Of a DNA stretch of 64,000 nt, positions 40,774 through 48,932 are shown one piece after another. Within the stretch, counting starts at the first letter, position 1. Each line of letters opens with the position of its first letter. A program made the position numbers and the translations under genes. Origin of the DNA: a candidate division FCPU426 bacterium (GTDB lineage: Bacteria > Oederibacteriota > Muellerivitia > Muellerivitales > Muellerivitaceae); NCBI GenBank assembly GCA_963830915.1, contig CAWHOE010000010.1, forward strand, positions 32,001 to 96,000, in the 5' to 3' direction. The notes beneath the pieces were generated by a model that worked only from the letters and a program-made list of their open reading frames with translations, did no database searches and had not been told where the DNA came from.

Positions 40774-42285
40774 TTAGTTACGCACCGAGAACTTTACCTT
40801 GAAGGTTTTCTCGAACAGGTCGCATTTCTTCATCAGAGCCCATTTTTCCAACAACATGTCGCCCCGGCCTATGAGTTTTATGGAGAATTGGGGCCTCTTG
40901 TATTGGATGTTGAACCCCTGGACATTGGAGGAGTGGTCGTGATCCATGGCGTCGGCGATCCTCAGGATGGCCGCTAGTTTGGAAACGATGATCTTTTCCT
41001 TGGGACCAAGGACTCTATAGTTCTCGTGGACGGTCCTGGGGATGGCCTTGCGATGGTACCGGGCGATATTGGCTATCATCTCGATCTGGTTCTGGTTCAG
41101 CCCAATCAGGGGAGCTGCCTTGATCAAATAATAGGAATGTTTGTGATGGGCCGCGTAGCTCACGAACTGGCCGATGTCGTGGAGCAAGGCGGCCGATTCC
41201 AGGAGCAAGATATGCTCGTCCCCCAGACGGTGGAAGGTCCTTGTCTTCCGGAAAAGGTCCAAGGCCAGACGGGTAACGGTGTGGGCGTGCTGACCGTCGT
41301 AGGAATACTTCAAACCGGTTTGGAGCAGGGACCCCATCACGTCATCCCGATGCAGGGCTGGTTTGCCGGTCAACAGCTCAGAGACCATGTCGATGAGCAG
41401 ACCTTCTTTCACACCCACGTTGGGTATATAGACACGGCTGATACGGCCCACTTCCATGATCTTTTGGAGGACGATAGCGGCCGGTAGGATAACATCCGCC
41501 CGATCTGGGCGAAGTCCCAAACGGGTTATGCGCTCGTCGAAAGTAAGCTTTTTCAGACGTTTCAGGATCGAATCCAATTCCAGGCGGGTCATGAAAAGGT
41601 CTTCGGCTTTGTGAAGTAGCTGTTCTTTCAGCGCTAGGAGTGCGTCCAGATTGCCGCCCGTTCCAACGCAGATATTCACCTTTTGTTTGGCTAGCTTTTG
41701 ATTGAAACGCTTTCTCGCCGCCTCGGCGTATTCCTGGACCATCTGGTTAAACTTTTTTTCGCCGACTTTTTCCTGTTCCAGGACTTGCAGGAGCCTCACC
41801 GCCCCCATCTGGAAACTCTCGGTGGCCAGGATCTTGCTGTTACGGGCCAGGGTAATCTCCACGCTTCCGCCCCCGATATCTACCAGCATGGCGGTTTTGT
41901 TCTCCAGGGGTATCTTCTTGGAGACGGCCAGGTAGACCAGCAGGGCTTCCTCTTCGGAATTGATAGGGGTCAATTCGATGCCGGTGGCCTGATAGATCTT
42001 CTTGATGAAGATATCCCGGTTCCTGGATTCCCTCACCGCGCTGGTGGCCACCGCCCTGGTCTTGACGACCTGATGCTGTTCGATGACTTCTTTGAAACGC
42101 AGGAAAGCCTGGATGGCTTTGCGGGTATTTTCTTTGGAGATCGATCCCCGGGTAAAGACATCCTGTCCCAGGCGGACCGGCTCTCTCATGTCCTCGACGA
42201 TATGGAGCTTTCGGGTATGGTCCATGAAACCGATGGCCATTCTCATGGCGTTGGAACCCACGTCGATGGCGCATAAAGTTGGCAT
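40774..42285 (-). CDS. ppx: Ppx/GppA exopolyphosphatase with HD domain
   Basis: IDVGSNAMR, ATSAVRE, EEA, DIGGGSVE, RADVI, GVKEG, LHDIG, ARYHR. Confidence 0.93.
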   Translation of the reverse strand: MPTLCAIDVGSNAMRMAIGFMDHTRKLHIVEDMREPVRLGQDVFTRGSISKENTRKAIQAFLRFKEVIEQHQVVKTRAVATSAVRESRNRDIFIKKIYQATGIELTPINSEEEALLVYLAVSKKIPLENKTAMLVDIGGGSVEITLARNSKILATESFQMGAVRLLQVLEQEKVGEKKFNQMVQEYAEAARKRFNQKLAKQKVNICVGTGGNLDALLALKEQLLHKAEDLFMTRLELDSILKRLKKLTFDERITRLGLRPDRADVILPAAIVLQKIMEVGRISRVYIPNVGVKEGLLIDMVSELLTGKPALHRDDVMGSLLQTGLKYSYDGQHAHTVTRLALDLFRKTRTFHRLGDEHILLLESAALLHDIGQFVSYAAHHKHSYYLIKAAPLIGLNQNQIEMIANIARYHRKAIPRTVHENYRVLGPKEKIIVSKLAAILRIADAMDHDHSSNVQGFNIQYKRPQFSIKLIGRGDMLLEKWALMKKCDLFEKTFKVKFSVRN

Positions 42286-42516
42286 ACCAAGGCCTCAGTG
42301 TGTCAGCGTTGATGTCCCCAAGCACGGAATAAATGAAAACGCGGGATGAAACGTTCATTGGTTTCAGATGGCTTTTGGGCTCTACCGCGGCTTCTTATAA
42401 GAAGAGGGAACAGGTTGTAGATTTTATGGCTTTTGACCGGCCAAATCATGACTTTTAATGTTAAATAATCGGCTCTAACCCCAATAAATGCGCAATATAT
42501 TGGAGTTTCCGACCCA

Positions 42517-42533
42517 TTAAACCCCCATTAACC
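42517..42533 (+). promoter_or_regulatory. Pho-box-like direct repeat
   Basis: TTAAAC-N5-TTAACC; TAGCCT at 42554. Confidence 0.55.
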
Positions 42534-42579
42534 TCACCGAAACAGTGTAAGTATAGCCTTCAACCATCAAAACATAGGA

Positions 42580-43122
42580 ATGGGAATGGTTCAGGCATTT
42601 TTTCAACAAGTCAATCGTTGGGACACCCGGATGTTCGGATGGATCTTCGGCGACGTCGAACGGAAATCCCTGAAAAGGTTATTCACGCTATTGTCCCGGA
42701 GCGCTGACAGTTACTCCTGCGCCGTCTTGGGCCTGATTTGGTCCCTAGTCCAACCGGAAGCTATCCGGTTTATCACTGGAACGCTTTTGGCTTTCGTGCT
42801 GGAACTGACTCTTTATTACCTGGTCAAGAAAAACATTCGCCGTCCCAGACCCTATCGAAAATTGGAGAGCGTGCAAAATCTTATTGTTCCACCGGACGAA
42901 TTCAGTTTTCCCTCGGGTCATACCGCAGCCGCTTTCCTGATGGCGGTTATGTTGACCACGGCCTGTCCCGCTCTCCTTCTCCTGGTTTTTACCTGGGCGG
43001 TTTTGGTGGGATTTTCCCGAGTGTATTTAGGGGTTCATTATCCAACCGATGTGTTGGCTGGTTGCGTCCTGGGTCTGGTCTCGGCGCAAGCCGGGTTATG
43101 GATGGTCGGTTTCATTTCCTGA
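42580..43122 (+). CDS. PAP2-family membrane phosphatase
   Basis: KxxxxRPRP, FPSGH, SRVYLGVHYPTDV. Confidence 0.93.
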   Translation: MGMVQAFFQQVNRWDTRMFGWIFGDVERKSLKRLFTLLSRSADSYSCAVLGLIWSLVQPEAIRFITGTLLAFVLELTLYYLVKKNIRRPRPYRKLESVQNLIVPPDEFSFPSGHTAAAFLMAVMLTTACPALLLLVFTWAVLVGFSRVYLGVHYPTDVLAGCVLGLVSAQAGLWMVGFIS

Positions 43123-43208
43123 TCCCGCCAATGCTTTTTCGTAAGCCATTCGACACTCGCGTGGTCCTGGTAACGTCATAACCAAATCTAAAGAGAAGGG
43201 GATTTATT

Positions 43209-43397
43209 ATGAAGAGAGCGTCACGTAACGTTTTGCCCGTTCCCAAAAGGACATCTCGGAAGAAACGAAAGACCGAATCCCACGTCCTGATGTTCCGGAG
43301 CTTGAAAAAACAATTGTTCGGCCATCCCCAGAAAAAATCCTTGGATCTTTTGGATCAATGGATACTCAAGAAACGGATGATGAGTTTGTTTTTCTAA
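43209..43397 (+). CDS. small basic hypothetical protein
   Basis: GAAGGG RBS; fills the intergenic gap; no recognisable motif. Confidence 0.4.
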   Translation: MKRASRNVLPVPKRTSRKKRKTESHVLMFRSLKKQLFGHPQKKSLDLLDQWILKKRMMSLFF

Positions 43398-43412
43398 ATG
43401 GAACAAATTCTT

Positions 43413-44528
43413 TTAACGGAGCACCACTAGTCTCGACTCGTGCACCGACCACCTTGTCGAGTAGTGGATGACATAAACCCCGCTGGCCACTGGTTGCCCC
43501 ACCGTATTCCTTCCGTCCCAAGAAATATTCTCGGTCCCTGCCGGTTGGGTAGAAGTGTCCCTTAGGGTCCGTACCTTTTCCCCGGCGCTGTTGTAAACAA
43601 AGACCTGATAAAAACCCGCTACGCAAAGGCTGGCTTGGATATTCAGCTCGGTGGGCCCGGAAAAATGGTAAATATTTTGGGATAAGTGAAGTTGGTCCTG
43701 GCAATTAGGGGCGATGACCCCAGGGGTAGGTGTGGGAGTGATAGTAGGGGAGGGGGTCGGTGTCGGGGTAATGGGGCAAGTCAGGATGCGGGCGTATTGA
43801 AGCTCCACCCCTCCTCCTGTGCCTCCGGTGAATCCCCAGTAAACCATAGGGTTACCCCCGAAAATCAAATTGACGATATTTTTCGTATAAGTGATCCGTA
43901 AAAGGCCGTCGAAGGAGATGGTCATGGTGGTGGTCGAGGCGTTCCAGGCGATCTCAAGGGTATGCTCAACCCCATCCTTCATAGTGGCCTCGGAAGGGAA
44001 AGCGGCTACTGCCGCCGCGCCATTATGGTTCAGGGCCCCGTTCTCGTCCACGCCCAGGTGGTCGTAGGGAGGGTCCATAATGACGGCATCGGCGTTGGAA
44101 TGGGTATCCATTTCCACCGCCACCGATGGACTGATGGGCGGTGTGGCGCCACACATGAAACTGCCGAATCCCAATGCCCCGCCCGCGCAACCAAGAGCCG
44201 TTAAACCCTCGGATTGAAGGACGAATGCCATACCGTCCGAACCGGATGGGTCGCTTCCCAGGAATACCTTGAAGCTCATGTCGAAGTTCTTGCTCAGGTC
44301 AAGGGGGGTAGCGTCCCAAGCGGCTCCGGCCTGTCCCACAATCGGTTGGGTCACGGTCACCGAAGCGTCCGATCCCAGGGCCGAACCATTCAAAACCCAG
44401 GAAATGGGACAGCCGCTAGAGGGGGTGGGCGTGTTCGTGGGGGACAAACCGAAAGATGGTATGGTCCATAGAAATAAAGAGAAAATTAGAAGAAAAGTAT
44501 AAAGCGCTTTATATGAAACGGTATTCAT
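43413..44528 (-). CDS. secreted L-type (legume) lectin-domain protein with FlgD-Ig/T9SS-like C-terminal domain
   Basis: Signal peptide; GSDGMAFV, SVAVEMDT, YWGFTGGTG; VYNSAGE...WDGRN...ASGVY. Confidence 0.88.
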   Translation of the reverse strand: MNTVSYKALYTFLLIFSLFLWTIPSFGLSPTNTPTPSSGCPISWVLNGSALGSDASVTVTQPIVGQAGAAWDATPLDLSKNFDMSFKVFLGSDPSGSDGMAFVLQSEGLTALGCAGGALGFGSFMCGATPPISPSVAVEMDTHSNADAVIMDPPYDHLGVDENGALNHNGAAAVAAFPSEATMKDGVEHTLEIAWNASTTTMTISFDGLLRITYTKNIVNLIFGGNPMVYWGFTGGTGGGVELQYARILTCPITPTPTPSPTITPTPTPGVIAPNCQDQLHLSQNIYHFSGPTELNIQASLCVAGFYQVFVYNSAGEKVRTLRDTSTQPAGTENISWDGRNTVGQPVASGVYVIHYSTRWSVHESRLVVLR

Positions 44529-44716
44529 TCAAATTTTCCTGGCTGAAAACACAATTTTGAAGATGGAACGTCTAATCTCTATATAAATATATCAAAGGTT
44601 GGAAATATTAGCCGAGTTTGTCCAATTTTTAAATGGGCGGGAAAAGATCGAAGGGTTATTGGGATGGTAATATAATATGGAAAACAAGGTTTTTATAAGA
44701 CCTGGTTGAAAAGGGA

Positions 44717-45106
44717 ATGTACATGGAAGATCTGAAAATGAAAACCATCCTTTATAATTTCAAAAAGTCACCCAATGAGAATCCTAAGATCAAACCCTAT
44801 TGCCTGTCCATCAAGCATCTTTCTGAAATGAGCTGGATGAAGGAATCGCTCATCAAGGCGGCGCTGACCTCTATGAAAGCGGGCGGGTTGGTCGATTTCA
44901 CCTTTCCCGCCGACCATGCTTACCTGACCCCTGGAGGACTGAAGGCTATGGGCCAGATGACGGTGGATGATTTTAAACATGTGGAAGCCCAAAGGCTCGA
45001 AAGATCCATCGCCCATACTGCTGCCAAGGAAAAATACGCCCTGTCCCATGGCATCGACCCGAAGACCATGCGCTATGGTTTTGAGGATAAGTACGCTGAA
45101 GATTGA
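44717..45106 (+). CDS. hypothetical protein, possibly winged-helix
   Basis: AAGGG RBS; ALTSMKAGGLV...YLTPGG resembles a winged-helix wing. Confidence 0.6.
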   Translation: MYMEDLKMKTILYNFKKSPNENPKIKPYCLSIKHLSEMSWMKESLIKAALTSMKAGGLVDFTFPADHAYLTPGGLKAMGQMTVDDFKHVEAQRLERSIAHTAAKEKYALSHGIDPKTMRYGFEDKYAED

Positions 45107-45330
45107 TCCATTTTTCAGTTATTGTTCAACCCTTGATCTGATCCACCATCTTTCAAAAATCCCTTTGAAAATTGAAAACGATTGAAGGATGGATGTTTTC
45201 CTAGACGGGCTACGGACGGAAAATCGGCTCCCTGTCTTCCAATTGGCGGTTTTTTGAGGTTTAATCAGGCCGGCAATTGTTGAAATTATTGTTCCGGATC
45301 AATTCTTGTAAATTCATTCATGGTGTGGAA

Positions 45331-47844
45331 ATGGTTTTGACGGATATGAACGGTTCAAAAAAACTCTTGTTCTTTCGATTGGGTCCTTTATCGCAAAAGT
45401 TCTCAATCTGGATAGCTGGATCGATTTTAGGTCTGTTGCAATTGTCCTTTCCTGGGCTGACCCTTGCGCAAGATAATGGCCGCCAACAGCTCAGTGGCTA
45501 CAAGATCTACGCCATGTCCAAAGCGCCTTTATTAGGACGCCATAAAGGGTCGGCCGGGATGAGATTGGCCATCTCCCTTCCGCTGCGCAATACCCAGACC
45601 CTAAAGGATCTTCTAGCGCGCCTCTACGATCCCAAGGATCCTTTATACCGCCATTATCTCAACCCCGACGAGTTCACCTCCATGTTCGGCCCGACAAAGG
45701 ATGATTATCAAGCCCTCAAGGATTTCGCGACCTTCCACCATTTGTCGGTGACCCGTACCTACCCCAATCGATTGATCCTGGATGTGGCCGGCTCCACCGA
45801 AGATGTCGAGAAAGCGTTCCATGTCCATGTGAACGATTATCTGAGGCCGGACGGCGGTGTCTTTTACGGCCCGGACCGGGAACCCTCGGTCGACCTGGAC
45901 GTGCCGCTCGACCACGTGGCTGGCTTGGAGAACGAGCATCGTCCCCAACCCCGTTTTCGGCGGTCTGTTCCTCAATATAACCTTTCAGCCAGGAACGGTT
46001 CCGTTTCCCCTCGCAGCGGTGGGGGATCAGGAACGGGTGGGGAGTTCAGGGGTTATGACTATCGTAACGCCTACGCTTCAGGTGTGACCCTTACAGGAAC
46101 GGGCCAATCCCTGGCGTTGGTCGAGTTCGATGTTTACCAAGCGAGCGATATCACCACTTATGAATCAAAAGCCTCCCTACCTAACGTGAAGTTGACTAAC
46201 GTTTATTTGGACAGCCTTTCCTCCTCGACCCCGATCGATTGCTCCAACGCTGATGGCAACCCCGAGGTAGAGGTAGTCATGGATATCGAGTTGGCCATTT
46301 CCATGGCGCCAGGGCTTAATCAGGTCGTGGTCTATATGGGGGACTACCAGGCTAATGTACTGAACCACATCGCTTCAGACGATACTTGCAAGCAGATCAG
46401 CTGTTCATGGGGATGGCCGGAAACTTCATCCAGCCGGACAACGGAAAACAATATTCTTTATGAATTCGCAGCGCAGGGCCAATCCTATTTTCTCGCTTCT
46501 GGGGATGGTGATTCCAGCCCAGTCACCATCGGTGGTGTGCCAGTCACTGGCGTTGGCGCTTTCACGACCGATCCTCCTTATTCGGATTCGAATTTGGGGA
46601 ATGACGATTTAGTCGACCAGACACTGGTGGGCGCGACCGATCTGAGTATGAGCGGGGGTGTGTGGTCGGCGGAAAAAACCATCAATTACATACTGGAAGG
46701 TTGGTCCGCCACGGGAGGTTTTTTGGGCGGGACCATCCTGCATGCAGCCATTCCTTCCTACCAATCGGGCATCAATATGAGCGCCAATTTCGGGTCAGCG
46801 ACCTACCGCAATGTGCCGGATGTGTCCATGGCTGGATTGAATTGCAATGTTTATGATTCTTGTTTTGGGAATGACAACGAAGGAGGGACCAGCGCCGCCA
46901 CGCCCCTTTGGGCCGGGTTCACGGCCCTGGTAAACCAACAGGCGGCCCTGGTGGGGAAAGGCACCGTCGGTTTCGCCAATCCGGCCCTCTACTCAATCGC
47001 CAAGGGGTCGAATTATAACCTCGACTTCCACGATATCACCCTGGGGAACAACGGCAGTGTCACGCAATTCCCAGCTGTGACCGGGTTCGATCTTGCGACT
47101 GGGTGGGGCAGTCCCAATGGCCAGAATCTGATCAATGACTTGGTGGGGTTCCTTCCCACCCTGACGCCCACTTTCACCCAAACCCCTACCAAAACCCCCA
47201 CATCCACGTTTACGCTCACGCCGACCAAGACAGCGACCAATACTTTCACGGTTACCTTTACCCCGACTTGTACCGCGACCATTACTGATACCAACACGCC
47301 GACCATGACGGCGACAACAACCGATACACCCACGATCACGGATACCATTACCTCGACTGATAGTCCGACCATCACCGCCACTCCCACCGTGACCTTGACC
47401 CCAACCGTTACTGACACACCTACCAACTCGCTTACCGTGACCGACACCTTGACATCAACCGATAGCCCCACTCCGACCAATAGCCCGACGGTGACGAGTA
47501 CATCCACTATTACTGAAACGCCCACCGCGACTCTTACCCCCACGTCAACCACCGGGCTCCCGACGTCGCCAGGCTCTTCCTATATCTATCCCGCACCGGT
47601 TATTGGAGGCTCCGCCAATATCAGTTACAACATGGTTGGATCGGGCCATATGTATTTGCGTATCTACAACTTAGCGGGCGAATTGGCGGCGACTTTCGAC
47701 GATGTCAAACCCGCCGGCCAGCAAACTAGTTTTTTGAATCTTTCGGGTTTTGCTCAAGGAGTTTATTTCTACATCCTCCAGATCCAGTACGATTCGGGCG
47801 TTTGGGACAAACAACAACCTCGTAAATTCATCGTCTTGAGGTAG
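45331..47844 (+). CDS. secreted S53 (sedolisin/kumamolisin) protease with prodomain, Thr/Pro stalk and T9SS-like C-terminal domain
   Basis: Pro-kumamolisin region; EVVMD, SCSWG, ASGD, RNVPD, GTSAATP, FHDI, GWGSP; IYPAP...GVYFY...KFIVLR. Start uncertain (45277-45346). Confidence 0.92.
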   Translation: MVLTDMNGSKKLLFFRLGPLSQKFSIWIAGSILGLLQLSFPGLTLAQDNGRQQLSGYKIYAMSKAPLLGRHKGSAGMRLAISLPLRNTQTLKDLLARLYDPKDPLYRHYLNPDEFTSMFGPTKDDYQALKDFATFHHLSVTRTYPNRLILDVAGSTEDVEKAFHVHVNDYLRPDGGVFYGPDREPSVDLDVPLDHVAGLENEHRPQPRFRRSVPQYNLSARNGSVSPRSGGGSGTGGEFRGYDYRNAYASGVTLTGTGQSLALVEFDVYQASDITTYESKASLPNVKLTNVYLDSLSSSTPIDCSNADGNPEVEVVMDIELAISMAPGLNQVVVYMGDYQANVLNHIASDDTCKQISCSWGWPETSSSRTTENNILYEFAAQGQSYFLASGDGDSSPVTIGGVPVTGVGAFTTDPPYSDSNLGNDDLVDQTLVGATDLSMSGGVWSAEKTINYILEGWSATGGFLGGTILHAAIPSYQSGINMSANFGSATYRNVPDVSMAGLNCNVYDSCFGNDNEGGTSAATPLWAGFTALVNQQAALVGKGTVGFANPALYSIAKGSNYNLDFHDITLGNNGSVTQFPAVTGFDLATGWGSPNGQNLINDLVGFLPTLTPTFTQTPTKTPTSTFTLTPTKTATNTFTVTFTPTCTATITDTNTPTMTATTTDTPTITDTITSTDSPTITATPTVTLTPTVTDTPTNSLTVTDTLTSTDSPTPTNSPTVTSTSTITETPTATLTPTSTTGLPTSPGSSYIYPAPVIGGSANISYNMVGSGHMYLRIYNLAGELAATFDDVKPAGQQTSFLNLSGFAQGVYFYILQIQYDSGVWDKQQPRKFIVLR

Positions 47845-47847
47845 CCC

Positions 47848-48786
47848 TTGAAAACGATCGGTTGGTCCTTACTCATTCTCATACTTGCGATAGCCATTCC
47901 AGCCTGGTCCGAGCAGATCCAGGGCACGGCGGGATACGGTTTTTCTTTGGATCCGGCCTTGGGGTCGGCTAGGGCCAAGGCCATGGGTTCGGCTTTCGTG
48001 GGGGTGGCGGACGACGCCTCGGCCCTTTGGTGGAATCCAGCTGGTCTAGGACAACTGTCGGAATCCCAGTTATCAGCCCATTACAACCAGTGGTTGGTGG
48101 ATACCAGCCAGGGATCGCTGCTTTTCGCCACACCCATGGAAACCGGAACCGGTCTGGGATTGGGGATCAACTATGTCAGCTTGGGTCAGTTCGAGAATCG
48201 AGCGGGCAACGGAACGCTTACGGGAACTTCCACCGCCGAGGAATGGGACATGATCGGCGGGTATGGGTTGGCATTGATTCCAAGGCTTTACTTGGGATTA
48301 TCCCTTCAAGGTCATTTCGAGAGCTTGGCCGGTATCGGTGACCAAGCTTATTCAGGCGCCTTAGGCTTCTTATGGGTCGTCCAATCGGAGATCAAATTAG
48401 GTTTGAGTTTGAACGAGATCGGTTGGACCTCGAACGGCACCGCCATCTCCACGTCCCTTCGTCTGGGAGGTTCCTATGACCTGAACCTGGGAAGAGATAA
48501 CCAACTTCTCTTGGCTTTGGCTGGCGAATGGGATGACGGATGTTTGGGTCGTCTGCAGTTCGGCGCCGAGGACAAACTTTTCAAAGTCCTCAGCTTGAGG
48601 GCAGGGTACCAATGGATGTCCTCCGATATGCGATTGGAAGGGACCAGCGGGTTACAGGCTGGGGTGGGTTTCACTATTCAAGGGGTCCAACTGGACTACG
48701 CCATCCAACCCTTCGGGGACCTGGGCACGGCCAACCTGATCAGTCTGACTTATCAATTCGATGCCCCGGATAAAGGCAAAAAATAG
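47848..48786 (+). CDS. PorV/PorQ (UPF0164)-family outer-membrane beta-barrel protein
   Basis: Signal peptide; ARAKAMGSAFVGVADDASALWWNPAGLG signature; alternating beta strands; LRAGY, DYA, ISLTYQF. Confidence 0.82.
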   Translation: MKTIGWSLLILILAIAIPAWSEQIQGTAGYGFSLDPALGSARAKAMGSAFVGVADDASALWWNPAGLGQLSESQLSAHYNQWLVDTSQGSLLFATPMETGTGLGLGINYVSLGQFENRAGNGTLTGTSTAEEWDMIGGYGLALIPRLYLGLSLQGHFESLAGIGDQAYSGALGFLWVVQSEIKLGLSLNEIGWTSNGTAISTSLRLGGSYDLNLGRDNQLLLALAGEWDDGCLGRLQFGAEDKLFKVLSLRAGYQWMSSDMRLEGTSGLQAGVGFTIQGVQLDYAIQPFGDLGTANLISLTYQFDAPDKGKK

Positions 48787-48932
48787 GCTGATTAACAATC
48801 TATCGGCTTATACAACCTGTCCCGGTGAAATTTTCCCAACCTCCTACTTCAATAAAAAATGAGCGTTCCTTGAGTTTTGGTTCTTGTACAATGCCTTGTC
48901 TTTTCCCAAACCCCAGACATGGAGAAGCCCGT

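Noticed and set aside
42448..42464. Possible Pho box for ppx (minus strand TTAACA-N5-AGTCAT)
   Set aside because: The second half-site is too divergent to call.
47013..47552. Val/Gly-rich ORFs that look like membrane proteins (also 729-977, 55664-56029, 56910-57203)
   Set aside because: Reverse complements of Thr/Pro stalk codons.
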